From positions 6,635 through 70,634 of the forward strand of contig JAIEMT010000001.1 of assembly GCA_019751945.1 (NCBI GenBank): 64,000 nucleotides of DNA. Direction: 5' to 3'. Positions 29,752 through 40,219 of this stretch are shown in pieces; the stretch's first letter is position 1, and each line of letters starts with the position of its first letter. Below the pieces are notes generated by a model, which was given only the letters and a program-made list of their open reading frames with translations, had not been told where the DNA came from and made no database searches. The position numbers were made by a program, and so were the translations under genes. This DNA is from a bacterium. GTDB taxonomy: Bacteria > Bdellovibrionota > UBA1018.

Positions 29752-32019
29752 ATGAAATCACAATGGATTGTGATGTCGATAAACGCCTTAGGGACGATGC
29801 TTTACCTCACCCAGCCCATGAGCTGGGCTGCGGACACTGCTCCGCGCGCCGACGAATACAAACGCGTCGTGCACCTCGATTGGGACGAAATTCCTGATGC
29901 TGAAACTTATCAAGTTGAATGGCTTGCCGGCCCGGTTTGTCGAAAAAGTCTGGGCAATGGAAATACGGAAAAGCCCGCTTGGGACAACCGACTGCCTCCT
30001 GGAAATTACTGTGTTCGCGTACGTGGCGTGGGCATTGATGAGCAAGAAGGTGAATGGTCCGACTTCTATCGAATTGAATTGAAACCTCGTCCGCCTCAGA
30101 ACCTCAGCGTCGCCGGTAACAAGGCCGTTTGGGAAAAGAATCCCTACGCGAAGTCGTATCTGGTCGATTTGAAGGATGCCACGGGCAAAGTGGTGATGAC
30201 TCGGGAGGTGGCCCAGCCCGAAGTTCAGTTGCCAGATAATCTTTTGAAAGATCCTCGTTACGCCGGAAAGAATCTCAGTCTCTCCGTTCGAGCGAAAACG
30301 GAAAATGCTCCGCTCTCGCAGATTGTCACCCAAGAGTTCACGAATCCGTTCGGTGGCGCTTCCGGTGGACCGATTGCAGATATCGCGCAGAAAAATGCGG
30401 CTAAGAAACCTCTGACGTTTGAAAATGCTGTAGAGACCTACCGCCTCACGGGTGAGCGTGTGGCTCCTCCGTCTGCGCAGGAATGGGCTGCAGCGAAGAG
30501 TCCCGAGCAGCAAGAGAAACTCCGTCAGCGTCAATTGCTGAGTCAGAAAATTCAGCTTTACGATGTAGAAGAACGCAAGCACTCTCCCTACATTCGCGTG
30601 AAAGCGGGATTCATTTTTGGTCCTTACGTTTACACGTCAAAGGTTCCGTCCAATGCTTCGAACCCCAGTTTGAGCCAAGTTGAAACGCAGACCCAGAACG
30701 GCTGGTCCATCGGCTATGGCTTAGCCGTGCGCTACGATCCAGGCGGACCTTGGGGTGGTTTCCTCCGGTTCAACTATCGCTCAGCGAGCCACGGACATTC
30801 CCGCAACTTCAGCAATTTTGCGCTGGGAGGGGAGCGCCACTTCCTCTTAGACAAAGCGTCGGATTCCTTCTTAAGCATTGGTTTGGGGGTCGAGTACAGC
30901 GAACAATCCTTGGGAGTGGATGAAACGGATTCCAGTTCGGGCTCGAGTTACTTCTCATTCCCGTTCGCAGTTTTGGGTGGAACCGTCAACGTGCGCCATC
31001 GGTTCCGGATGAACCCGCGTTGGCAGTGGGAAACCGCAGCCTTCTTTAGGTACGCTCCACCGCAAGATAATATTCCCAGTCGAGTTCCCGGCGTGACTGC
31101 CACGGGCATGAACGGCATCGGATATGGAGCCTCCTTTGGCCCGGCTTATCAGTACAACAAGCTCCTCGACCTTCAATTTGGTTTGAGTATCAGCAGCTAC
31201 GAAGTGAAAAACAGTTCCGGATTCTTAGGTGCTACCTTGGTGGACAGCGGCGCGTACGTTCAAGCGGTTTACAAAATGGATCCGAGCGATGAACGAAATG
31301 CTTGGGCGGAAGCCGCGAAATCTCGCGACTTAAAGAGCACTTGGTCGTTGCGATTGGAACCAGGTCTGACCTCGCGCTATCTCACCAGTTTCAACGTCAC
31401 CGGTTCGGGTTCGACACCCGAAAACGAAAACGTTATCACTCGGCGCGTTCGTGGTGAGCTTCGTCATAAAATCTTCCAGCCGGGACGGTGGAGTATTCTA
31501 GCTGATATGGAAGTGGCAGATTTCACAACCCAGGGGCATCACGCCCTGGAAGGTGGAGCAGGACTTAAGGCGGGTTTTGAAACCTTGCTGCGCGGTCGAA
31601 ATGATATTTCCGGTCTGGTTACTTTGGGCTTGGGACTTCGAAGTGTTCAAGCCACCTATGGCACCCAAGTTCACGAGTTGAGTGCGACGCAAGTGGAACT
31701 CGCAGGTCGTTTGATTAAAGCGTGGAATGATCGGTGGATGGGAGAATTAGAGGCCATGATGGGCGTACCGTTCTCTGTGCGCACCGGCCAGCAAAGTTTG
31801 CGCGACGGAAGCGGCGTGGGTCAAGTCGGCTTCAACTATATGTGGCGCGTGGGTGCGGTAGTGGGTTATCGATCCGGACCGGTCACGTTCCGCGCGGGAT
31901 ATGACTTCCAACATCTGCGCTACGGAATCGCAGGCCGCACGCAGATCGGCGTTTCGATGCTGGATTTCATTTCCTACTCTGAAGACCAGTTCAAGCTGGG
32001 AGTGAGCTGGGATTTCTAA
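29752..32019 (+). CDS. Outer-membrane protein: N-terminal FnIII-like domain(s) plus probably two beta-barrel domains
   Basis: Signal peptide; GNYCVRVRG..EGEWSD; two beta-rich blocks; C-terminal beta-signal KLGVSWDF. Confidence 0.7.
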   Translation: MKSQWIVMSINALGTMLYLTQPMSWAADTAPRADEYKRVVHLDWDEIPDAETYQVEWLAGPVCRKSLGNGNTEKPAWDNRLPPGNYCVRVRGVGIDEQEGEWSDFYRIELKPRPPQNLSVAGNKAVWEKNPYAKSYLVDLKDATGKVVMTREVAQPEVQLPDNLLKDPRYAGKNLSLSVRAKTENAPLSQIVTQEFTNPFGGASGGPIADIAQKNAAKKPLTFENAVETYRLTGERVAPPSAQEWAAAKSPEQQEKLRQRQLLSQKIQLYDVEERKHSPYIRVKAGFIFGPYVYTSKVPSNASNPSLSQVETQTQNGWSIGYGLAVRYDPGGPWGGFLRFNYRSASHGHSRNFSNFALGGERHFLLDKASDSFLSIGLGVEYSEQSLGVDETDSSSGSSYFSFPFAVLGGTVNVRHRFRMNPRWQWETAAFFRYAPPQDNIPSRVPGVTATGMNGIGYGASFGPAYQYNKLLDLQFGLSISSYEVKNSSGFLGATLVDSGAYVQAVYKMDPSDERNAWAEAAKSRDLKSTWSLRLEPGLTSRYLTSFNVTGSGSTPENENVITRRVRGELRHKIFQPGRWSILADMEVADFTTQGHHALEGGAGLKAGFETLLRGRNDISGLVTLGLGLRSVQATYGTQVHELSATQVELAGRLIKAWNDRWMGELEAMMGVPFSVRTGQQSLRDGSGVGQVGFNYMWRVGAVVGYRSGPVTFRAGYDFQHLRYGIAGRTQIGVSMLDFISYSEDQFKLGVSWDF

Positions 32020-32935
32020 TCTTGCTTCCCTGAACGCACCCATTCTTTTCGAGAGTGGATCTCAAAACATTGTGGGGATGCCAGCGTTCCCGGCTCCACA
32101 CTGGGGCTAAACATTCATCCACATGGGTGGCTTGGGCACAAAGTCTTTCTAGATAAATGGACGGATCTAAATGCTCGACGAATTCCAAAACCTGCTCGGC
32201 ATACTCTTCGAGGCTCAGCGTGTGAAACGCCTTCTCTTTCCAGCGGCGAGCCAGCTCGGTATTTTCTAAAATCATCAGTTGGTGCAGTTTCACGCCTTTC
32301 ACTCCCAGTTGATTCAATAAGAGAGCAGAATCTCGAGGGTTGGTCCGAGAATCCGGAGGCGACCCAAACATGAGATGGGCGCAGGTGTGAACGTGAGGAG
32401 CCCGTTCTTTCAATCGGTTCAAGGCATCGATGGAGCTTTGACCGTCGTGGCCGCGCTCTAACCAGAGCAAAGTGGGATCTTCAAACGATTGCACACCGAG
32501 TTCAAGCGAAACGTAACGGCGTTCCGCCAGCTCCTCAAGTAAATCAATGACGGGATCAGGAATACAATCCGGCCTGGTGCCGATACAGAGTCCCGCCACT
32601 TCGGGGTGAGTCAGTGCCGCTTCGTAAATCGTTCTTAGGTAATCTATGTCCGAATAAGTGTTGGTGTAGCTTTGAAAGTAAGCGAGAAATTTCTGAGCCC
32701 CGAAGCGTTCGCGGACTTCAGGAATTCTTTTTTGAATCTGATCCGCTACCGACTTTCCTCGGCCCTGTTTTCCGAAAAAGGAACTCGAACCGCGGACATC
32801 GCAAAAGGCACAGCCGGCTTTAGCAATTGAGCCATCGCGTGTAGGGCAGGTGAGCCCACTGGCAACCACGATTTTATAAGTCTTCGCGCCAAAGGTATTT
32901 TGTAAATACTGGCTATAGGAATAAAGCTGCGACAT
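31991..32935 (-). CDS. TIGR01212 (YhcC/YtqA) radical SAM protein
   Basis: CPTRDG....GCAFC, AYFQSYTNTY, IGTRPDC, ELGVQS, GVKLHQL. Confidence 0.92.
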   Translation of the reverse strand: MSQLYSYSQYLQNTFGAKTYKIVVASGLTCPTRDGSIAKAGCAFCDVRGSSSFFGKQGRGKSVADQIQKRIPEVRERFGAQKFLAYFQSYTNTYSDIDYLRTIYEAALTHPEVAGLCIGTRPDCIPDPVIDLLEELAERRYVSLELGVQSFEDPTLLWLERGHDGQSSIDALNRLKERAPHVHTCAHLMFGSPPDSRTNPRDSALLLNQLGVKGVKLHQLMILENTELARRWKEKAFHTLSLEEYAEQVLEFVEHLDPSIYLERLCAQATHVDECLAPVWSRERWHPHNVLRSTLEKNGCVQGSKIRNPSSLPA

Positions 32936-32945
32936 CTCGTCCGTT

Positions 32946-34100
32946 TTAGAACATGAACTTCTTATTGGCAATGTTTGTCAGAATTGCCACGCAAATCACG
33001 GATGTCAGCAGAGACGACCCCCCATAGCTCATGAAGGGTAAGGGGACGCCTACGATGGGCAATAGTCCGCACACCATCCCTAAGTTAATGAAGACGTGCC
33101 AGAAAAAGATCGTGACTATCCCCAGGGCGAGCAAAAGCCCGAACTTGTCGTGTGACTGGTACGCCACGCCTAGGCCGTTGAGAAGAAAGGCCAAATAGAG
33201 GCCAATTAAGATGATGCACCCGATGAATCCACGCTCTTCCCCCCAGACCGAGAAGATAAAGTCGGTGTGATGTTCAGGCAGGAAGTTCAATTGGCTCTGT
33301 GTACCCTTGCGATATCCCTTGCCGACGAGCTGACCACTGCCAATGGCAATCATCGATTGAATGGAGTTGTAACCCGAGCCTTTCGGATCTGCCATGGGGT
33401 CAATAAACGAGATCAGGCGTTGTCGTTGATAGGGCTTTAAACCAAAGCGATAAACAATGGGAGCTGCGACGACGAAACACATCCCTAAAATCAGCATGGT
33501 GCGCGTTTTCACTCGGTTGAAGAAAATCATGGTCGCTGAAGTGAGCACCAAGATCATCGCGGTACCCAAATCGGGCTGAACAATAATGAGCCCCGTCGGA
33601 ACCAGGACCAAAAGCGCGGGTAGGAGCAGATCCCGGAAGCCGAAGCCCCCCACGGTTCGGTCTGTTTCAAAGTACTTAGCTAAGCACACGACCATCGAGA
33701 GCTTCATGATTTCAGACGGCTGAATGCTAAACGGTCCGATGCCCACCCAGCGCTTGGCACCCAAGGACGAGCGACCGACTACTAACACTGCGGCCAATAG
33801 CAGGAGATTTACGAAGTAGAGGAAGTACCCCAGTCGCGAAAAGATCGAGTAGTGCACGAGCAGAATCACAGCCGTTAAAATGATACCGATTCCGAACCAG
33901 AGCAGCTGGGTTTTATAAAGACCGAGGGATTTATCTTCTACCGCTGTCGCGCTAATCAGATTCCAAATTCCGAGTGCAAACAAAATCACTTCCAGAGCAA
34001 TGAGGCTCCAATTGAACTTTTTGAGTTCTTCTTCGTACATCCCCATTCGGGAAGTTTCGGTTTCAATCGGGGTTGGGCTTTCTAGCGCGGAGTGAACCAT
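32946..34100 (-). CDS. rodA: Rod shape-determining SEDS protein RodA
   Basis: [41 protein letters not shown]. Confidence 0.95.
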   Translation of the reverse strand: MVHSALESPTPIETETSRMGMYEEELKKFNWSLIALEVILFALGIWNLISATAVEDKSLGLYKTQLLWFGIGIILTAVILLVHYSIFSRLGYFLYFVNLLLLAAVLVVGRSSLGAKRWVGIGPFSIQPSEIMKLSMVVCLAKYFETDRTVGGFGFRDLLLPALLVLVPTGLIIVQPDLGTAMILVLTSATMIFFNRVKTRTMLILGMCFVVAAPIVYRFGLKPYQRQRLISFIDPMADPKGSGYNSIQSMIAIGSGQLVGKGYRKGTQSQLNFLPEHHTDFIFSVWGEERGFIGCIILIGLYLAFLLNGLGVAYQSHDKFGLLLALGIVTIFFWHVFINLGMVCGLLPIVGVPLPFMSYGGSSLLTSVICVAILTNIANKKFMF

Positions 34101-34103
34101 GCT

Positions 34104-36221
34104 CTATTCCTCTTCCTCTCGGCTATCGCTCTCAGAGTCGGCGCCAGCTGGTTTGGGTACAGTGCCCGGCTCGATGCCAATCAAGTTGGGCGCCAGGGGT
34201 GCGACGGGCTTCTGTTCTCGGCGCATTTTGATGGCTGCATCTTCTTCTTCCACCTGCACAACATCGGAATCGTCGGTGTGCTTCGGAATTTTTGGAACCT
34301 TCAGCTGATCCTTGAAGCGAGCCGCTAGAATTTTTTCACCGTAGATATCGGGGTAGTAGGTTTCCAAATATTTTTTGATCACCGCTCGTACAATCGGTGC
34401 TGCTGCAATGGAGCCCCCGCAGCCATGTTCCACGATGGCTGCTACGGCGATGACCGGATCTTTAGCCGGTGCGAATCCGGCAAAAACAGCGTTGTGTCGG
34501 TCGCGGAACTTCATGGTGTCACATTTTTGATAAACTTTATCCGCTGACAAGCGCACCACTTGAACCGTGCCGCTCTTTCCAACGAAGTCCATTCCAGGTA
34601 AGCGCTGATGGTAGGACGTGCCGGTGGGATTGTTCACTACCCCCCAGAGTCCTTGCTTAATGAGCTGGTAGGTCTTGGGTTGCAACCGAGTTTGATCCAG
34701 CACTTCCGGTTTGAATTCCTTCAGAACCTTTCCTTCGTACGACTCAATTTCTTTGACGAGATAGGGCCGATACAGCGTGCCCCCATTTGCAATCGAAGCA
34801 TACAGATTCGCCAATTGCAGACCCGTGGTGAGCACGAAGCTTTGACCGATGCCGACGAGAAGCGTTTCCCCCGCCGACCAAGGCTGACCAAAGCGGCGCA
34901 GCTTCCATTCTTCAGTCGGCATCAGTCCCGGAACTTCACGTGCGAGGTTCACACCTGTTTTCTTGGCGAGTCCCAAGTGCTTGGCCCACATGGCAATCGT
35001 GTCCACGCTCTTCAAAGCCTGTGCTGTTCGATAGAAGAACACGTCACAGGATTGAGCGAGAGCGCTGACCACGTTCACATCTCCGTGACCGCGCTTCGAA
35101 TGGCAGTGATAGATGCGGTTTCCGACGCGCATCGATCCGGTGCATTTGAAGGTGGTGCGTTCGTCAATCACGCCTTCTTCTAAACCCGCAATCGCGGTGA
35201 CCACTTTAAATGTCGATCCCGGGGAGTAGTGGTCTTGCAGAGTCTTGTCGCGAAGCGGATGGTTTTCATTAGCCAAAAGTTTTTGCCAGAGAGCCGGGGA
35301 AATTCCGCGTGAAAACTCAGTCGGGTCAAACGACGGCCGAGAAATCATAGCCAAAATTTCGCCATTTCTAGGATCGACGGCGACCAGAGACCCAATCTTG
35401 TCTTTGAATGCCTCCACAGCGGCCAGCTGCAAATCCTGATCGATGGTCAGAATCAAATTCTTTCCGGGCACCGGAAGTTTCTCTTGATGCGTATCGATCA
35501 CGCGGCTCTTTTCTTTTCCGATCTTGATTCGGCCTAGAGCATCGACTTCTACAATTTTTTCGCCGTCCACGCCGCGAAGCGTGGATTCCAATTCCTTCTC
35601 AAGACCGAACTTCCCGATGACGTCACCCAAAGCGTAGCGTTGGCCTGCCTTGTTCAAGGTGGGTAACTCGGTGGAGTTCACTTCGCCGATGTATCCCAGC
35701 AAGTGCGAAGCCACATCACCGTAAATATTCGTGCGTTTGATTTCCTCTTGCACCTGAACCCCGGGCATGTCGAGGCGCCACGATTCCACCACGGCCACTT
35801 CGTCGCGGCTCAAATCGGTTTTGATTTTCACCGGCATGAAGCTCGGTTGGTTCTTAGCTTTCGCGAGAATTTCGTAAATTTTCGCTTCAGGCATTTGGAT
35901 AATGCGCGACAAAAGCGAAATGACTTCTTTCGATTGCTTGGATTCGGAGAGGTATTGAGGAATGATTTCCAAATCGAAAGCCGGACGATTGTCGATTAGG
36001 AGGCGGTGCTTGCGGTCAAAGAGCATCCCACGGGGAGATGCAATTTTCACCCTCTTGAAGCGGTTTTCTTCAGAGTAGAGGCGCATCTTGTCGCCCGTCA
36101 GAACTTGCAGGTACACCAAGCGCGCAATGAGCAGCCCCAGCCCGATGAAGACGGTGAAGTACAAGAACTTGAACCGTTCTTGAAACTCCCGGATCTGTTC
36201 TTCTTGGCCTAGAAATGCCAT
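34104..36221 (-). CDS. mrdA: Penicillin-binding protein 2
   Basis: PRG.LFDR, PGSTFK, SCD, KSGT. Confidence 0.95.
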   Translation of the reverse strand: MAFLGQEEQIREFQERFKFLYFTVFIGLGLLIARLVYLQVLTGDKMRLYSEENRFKRVKIASPRGMLFDRKHRLLIDNRPAFDLEIIPQYLSESKQSKEVISLLSRIIQMPEAKIYEILAKAKNQPSFMPVKIKTDLSRDEVAVVESWRLDMPGVQVQEEIKRTNIYGDVASHLLGYIGEVNSTELPTLNKAGQRYALGDVIGKFGLEKELESTLRGVDGEKIVEVDALGRIKIGKEKSRVIDTHQEKLPVPGKNLILTIDQDLQLAAVEAFKDKIGSLVAVDPRNGEILAMISRPSFDPTEFSRGISPALWQKLLANENHPLRDKTLQDHYSPGSTFKVVTAIAGLEEGVIDERTTFKCTGSMRVGNRIYHCHSKRGHGDVNVVSALAQSCDVFFYRTAQALKSVDTIAMWAKHLGLAKKTGVNLAREVPGLMPTEEWKLRRFGQPWSAGETLLVGIGQSFVLTTGLQLANLYASIANGGTLYRPYLVKEIESYEGKVLKEFKPEVLDQTRLQPKTYQLIKQGLWGVVNNPTGTSYHQRLPGMDFVGKSGTVQVVRLSADKVYQKCDTMKFRDRHNAVFAGFAPAKDPVIAVAAIVEHGCGGSIAAAPIVRAVIKKYLETYYPDIYGEKILAARFKDQLKVPKIPKHTDDSDVVQVEEEDAAIKMRREQKPVAPLAPNLIGIEPGTVPKPAGADSESDSREEEE

Positions 36222-36224
36222 CCG

Positions 36225-36791
36225 TTAAAATCCTTCGCCTTCGATTAAAAGTTCATCTTCCAAAAGCTGCTGCGCGCGCGGACTTTTGTAAGTTTTCCAG
36301 TCAAACCATTCGAGCCAGCGGTACACCCAAACCGAAAATGTTCCGGTGATCACAGCGCTTGGAAAAATCAGCGACACGGTGTGCTTCCACTGGTTGTCTG
36401 CTTTGCCCATCAAATACAAGAACAGCAGGCAAATGAGTTTCCAAAGTATCGACGAACCCAGCGTAAGCGCAATCACCGAACCAAAATTTCCAACCACAAT
36501 GACTTTCGCCAACAGCCGCACCAATAAATAGACACACATGTAGGCGATTTCAAAAAGCCCCTGCGGAGCGCCTCCATGCACCTCTCCCAGCGCTGAAACT
36601 AAGAGCACAATCACTCCGCCTTCAATAAAGGGTCGGCGAAGTCCGCACCAAACGGCCACGATCAAAAGCAGATCGGGTTGCAAATACAGCAACGGATAAA
36701 ATGAAAAGAGCGAACTCTGAAGGGCTAAACCCACCACCACCATCAGAACGAAGATCGGGGCGTTCAACCATCTGAGAATAATTCGAGTCAT
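36225..36791 (-). CDS. mreD: Rod shape-determining protein MreD
   Basis: Multi-TM, PDLLL motif, position between mreC and mrdA. Confidence 0.8.
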   Translation of the reverse strand: MTRIILRWLNAPIFVLMVVVGLALQSSLFSFYPLLYLQPDLLLIVAVWCGLRRPFIEGGVIVLLVSALGEVHGGAPQGLFEIAYMCVYLLVRLLAKVIVVGNFGSVIALTLGSSILWKLICLLFLYLMGKADNQWKHTVSLIFPSAVITGTFSVWVYRWLEWFDWKTYKSPRAQQLLEDELLIEGEGF

Positions 36792-36794
36792 AGG

Positions 36795-37685
36795 TCAGTT
36801 TTTTTTCTCAGGCTTCTCAGTCTTATCCGTTTTATCCAGTTTTTCAGCCTTGTCGGATGTTGGCACCATGGCGTGGTGGATCACCACCATCACTTCTTCT
36901 AACTTTGTAAAATCCACACTTGGACGCACTTCCACTTCTTGTGAAATTCCGAACGACTTGCGATTCACGCGCGAAACTGTTCCAAGCGGAATCCCTTTCG
37001 GGAACATTCCCCCGAGGCCGCTGGAAACCAGTACGTCGCCGGTTTGAATGTCATCGGTTCTCAAAGTGAAGCGCATGGCACAGAGTTCGTCGGTCAATCC
37101 TTCCACCGTGCCTCTTGCGCGTGAGCGTTGGTCAATCGCATCGACCGCGGAGAGCGGGTCCAGAATCGTCACGACGTCGGCCGAATTGGCCGAGGTTCGC
37201 AGCACACGACCCACGATCCCCTCGTTCGTGAAGACCGGCATGTTGCGCTTAATGCCGGAGCTTTCTCCTCGATTAATACGGATGGCTCGGAATTCCGTCG
37301 AAACGTCCTTCGCAATCACTCGCGCCACGACCGTTTGAAACTTCGATTGTTCTTGGAAGTCTAAAAGTTTGCGGAGGCGCAGATTCTCTTGCTGGGATTC
37401 GCGAAGTTCGCTGATAGTGCCGAGAAGTTTGCGGTTTTCTTCAAGAAGCGACAGGTTGTCCTGTCGAACGTTGAAGAGAAAAACGTAGTTTTCAAAGCCC
37501 GACGCCAGCTTGTCCAGCGTCCAAGTAATAGCCGATTGAATGGGCGAGACGATTCCTAAGATCACTTTATCGGGAAGTCGGTAGTCTCGGGGAGCTCTCG
37601 AGGTCGTGTCGATTGCCACGATGGGAATCAGCACAAAAAAGAAGAGAGCTATGTAAAATCGGTATTCTTTCAGATATTTAATCAT
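36795..37685 (-). CDS. mreC: Rod shape-determining protein MreC
   Basis: ENLRLRKLL coiled coil, INRGESSGI, GDVLVSSGLGGMFPKGIP. Confidence 0.95.
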   Translation of the reverse strand: MIKYLKEYRFYIALFFFVLIPIVAIDTTSRAPRDYRLPDKVILGIVSPIQSAITWTLDKLASGFENYVFLFNVRQDNLSLLEENRKLLGTISELRESQQENLRLRKLLDFQEQSKFQTVVARVIAKDVSTEFRAIRINRGESSGIKRNMPVFTNEGIVGRVLRTSANSADVVTILDPLSAVDAIDQRSRARGTVEGLTDELCAMRFTLRTDDIQTGDVLVSSGLGGMFPKGIPLGTVSRVNRKSFGISQEVEVRPSVDFTKLEEVMVVIHHAMVPTSDKAEKLDKTDKTEKPEKKN

Positions 37686-37756
37686 TTGACTTTCACATCG
37701 TACTGAGATCGATATGTGTTTGCAATTGCTACATTACATTCAAGGGAGTCGTCGAG

Positions 37757-39022
37757 ATGTTGACCTGGATTCGTGAAAAATTTGGAAAGATCCTGATCGG
37801 GGCGATCGTCACTTTCATCGCCTTCGTATTTGTCTTTTACGGAGTTTTTAGTCCGCGTCGAACCCAGGGTTTCCACAGCGGCACCGTTGCCGGAATAGTG
37901 AACGGTGACGCAATCACTTTGAGTGAGTTTAGCAAAGCCCTCGACCAGCGTATGAACTACTTTAAAGCACTGGGCGGCGGTAAAATTACTCCCGAACAGA
38001 TGAAGGCCTTTCGGCTTCGAGAGGGCGTCTTCCAAGAATTGGTGAGCCGTCGCCTCATGCTTCAGGAAGCGGATCGTCAAGGTCTGGTGGCGAGCGATGA
38101 AGAAGTGCGAACCAAGGTGCGCGAGATGCCCGTCTTTCAAAAGGACGGTCGCTTTGATCCGCTGCACTATAAAGAAGTTTTAAAAGCGAATAATTTTAGT
38201 CCGGGTCAGTTTGAGAAGGCGATTCGTGAAGACATTCTGCTCCAACAGTGGGGCAAGTACTTTCAAAACCGCGTGAGAGTTTCGGACGACGAGCTCAGGA
38301 GCGAATTTCTGACCTCACAAGAGAAGCGCGAAATCAAATACGTCCTTCTCACCCCGGAGCTCCTTTATAAGCAGGTCTCGGTGAAGCCGGAAGAACTGAA
38401 AGCATTCTTTGCTGACCCGAAGCGAGCCAACTTGGCGAAAGCTCAGTATGATGTTCGGAAGGACACCGAATTTAAGGGTCAGACGTTTGACCAGGCCAAA
38501 GAAAAAATCGCGACCAGCATTCTGGCTAGCGAGAAAACCGGCGACGTTCAAAAGGTCAGTGAGAAAATGGCCGACCAACTCTTGGCCCTGTTGGGAAGTG
38601 CTGGCGGTGAAGCAAAAGCCAATGCTCTCTTAAAACCCACGGGTGGCGCAGTGAAATCGACGGGTCTCATTGCCAATCAAACTCGCTTCTTGCCGGGCGT
38701 GGGCGAAGCTCCTGAGCTTGTGGCGGATGCGTTTGCAAATCCCAGCCCGATTGATGTGAAGGGCGGCGGGAAAGCCAAGAAGTATCGTTCCGGCGGTTGG
38801 TGGTTAGTGGCTGCGGTGACTCAGTCTGCGCATGCTGATCTCAGCAAGTTCGAAGCCGAGCGTGAGAAGTTGAAGAGCAATCTGATTTCTCGGAAGGAGC
38901 GCGATCTTCAATCGGCTTGGCTCACTCAGCTGACCAAACAAGCGAAGATCGAGCCCAATAAAGATGTGATTAACGACGAGGGCGGCTCGTTTCAAGTGCA
39001 GTCGCCAATGGACGACGGCTGA
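37757..39022 (+). CDS. SurA N-terminal domain/PpiD-like periplasmic chaperone
   Basis: MLTWIR + TM; VNGDAIT..EF; FQKDGRFD..Y. Confidence 0.85.
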   Translation: MLTWIREKFGKILIGAIVTFIAFVFVFYGVFSPRRTQGFHSGTVAGIVNGDAITLSEFSKALDQRMNYFKALGGGKITPEQMKAFRLREGVFQELVSRRLMLQEADRQGLVASDEEVRTKVREMPVFQKDGRFDPLHYKEVLKANNFSPGQFEKAIREDILLQQWGKYFQNRVRVSDDELRSEFLTSQEKREIKYVLLTPELLYKQVSVKPEELKAFFADPKRANLAKAQYDVRKDTEFKGQTFDQAKEKIATSILASEKTGDVQKVSEKMADQLLALLGSAGGEAKANALLKPTGGAVKSTGLIANQTRFLPGVGEAPELVADAFANPSPIDVKGGGKAKKYRSGGWWLVAAVTQSAHADLSKFEAEREKLKSNLISRKERDLQSAWLTQLTKQAKIEPNKDVINDEGGSFQVQSPMDDG

Positions 39023-40211
39023 TCAGCGGGTAGATTGCAATCAACAACCCATAGCAGAAACCGGCTAGCGGCTTGATGCTGTGAAAGCGCATCCAATCCC
39101 GCGCGGGCTTTGGAACAATATCGGAATACGCTAGAGCCATGACCAAGAAGTACGCTGCGGTCGAATACTGCAGAAGGGGTTTCCACTTCTTATCTGCTGG
39201 GGCAATGGACAGGATTCCCAACCAAACCAAGGGTGCGAGCAAGATATAGCTATTGTTCTGACTGAGTGGCGAGAACAGGGCTGTTAGCCAACCCCCAATG
39301 GCAAGTGCGTAAGCCACACTCTCGCGTCCGGGTCGGTGCTTCCACTGGGTGAAAACGGCTCCCAAACCAAAAATTAAAGTGAGCACCTGTCCGTGGAAGT
39401 AGGACAGCTTCACCCCTAAAGAATTGCGCAAAAACGCGTAGACGTTATCGAAGCTGTCCCAGGTTTGGTGCGTGAATTCTGCTAAATCGAGATTCCAAGT
39501 TGTCTGCGTCTCGACAAAAAACTTCCACGACATGAAAGACAGCGGGGCCATGTACCAAAACACTAGGCCGCAGAAGATCCAAGCAAAGAGGGCCACCTCT
39601 CCTGAAGTGAAAATCCAAGCTAGCGCCAGCAAGCCCACGGTTGAAACGGTGTGATATTTCCAGTTCACCAGCATCGACAAAATCAGCGCGACAATGCCCA
39701 AATGTTTTTTCTCGATGATCCAAGCCGCTGAAAAAAATAAGAGTCCCACGGAAAGGATTTCAATTTTTTCCGCAGTGATCGCCGTCCACATCTGGGGTGC
39801 AATGGCGATCCAAAAAAATTGGACGATGGGTAGTTTCAGGACCTCTCGTTTGGGTTTTCTTAAAACGATGGAAGAAAACTCCAGGCATCCAAAAACAAAG
39901 ACTCCCCAAGAAAGTAAGAGATAGACTGCAACGCCCAAGTGTCCCGGTAGGAGCCCCAGAGGCGCGAAAAGAAACATTCCGCATGAGGGAGAGTAAAACC
40001 AATGTCCGGTTTGAACTGCTCCGACCTGAGCGGAGTAGGGGTTTACCCCTCTCCAGAGATCCAATCCCGCCTTTCGAAAGAGATCGAAATAGCTGCCTGT
40101 AATGTCGGCATTCAAAACGCGAAGAAACGCCAAGAAGCTGATCAGACAGAAGGAGGAAATGCCCCAGCGTTGTCGGAGTAAAAGTAAGGGTTTTCGGAAA
40201 ATTTTTTTCAA
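38970..40211 (-). CDS. GT87/DUF2029-like membrane glycosyltransferase
   Basis: Multi-TM; LW.G.NPY, WFYSP..LFAPL, conserved K in VNWKY. Confidence 0.7.
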   Translation of the reverse strand: MKKIFRKPLLLLRQRWGISSFCLISFLAFLRVLNADITGSYFDLFRKAGLDLWRGVNPYSAQVGAVQTGHWFYSPSCGMFLFAPLGLLPGHLGVAVYLLLSWGVFVFGCLEFSSIVLRKPKREVLKLPIVQFFWIAIAPQMWTAITAEKIEILSVGLLFFSAAWIIEKKHLGIVALILSMLVNWKYHTVSTVGLLALAWIFTSGEVALFAWIFCGLVFWYMAPLSFMSWKFFVETQTTWNLDLAEFTHQTWDSFDNVYAFLRNSLGVKLSYFHGQVLTLIFGLGAVFTQWKHRPGRESVAYALAIGGWLTALFSPLSQNNSYILLAPLVWLGILSIAPADKKWKPLLQYSTAAYFLVMALAYSDIVPKPARDWMRFHSIKPLAGFCYGLLIAIYPLISRRPLATALETSRPRR

Positions 40212-40219
40212 TCCAATGC

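Noticed and set aside
32946-37685. mreCD-mrdA-rodA without an adjacent mreB
   Set aside because: mreB is often encoded separately; not evidence of novelty from one window
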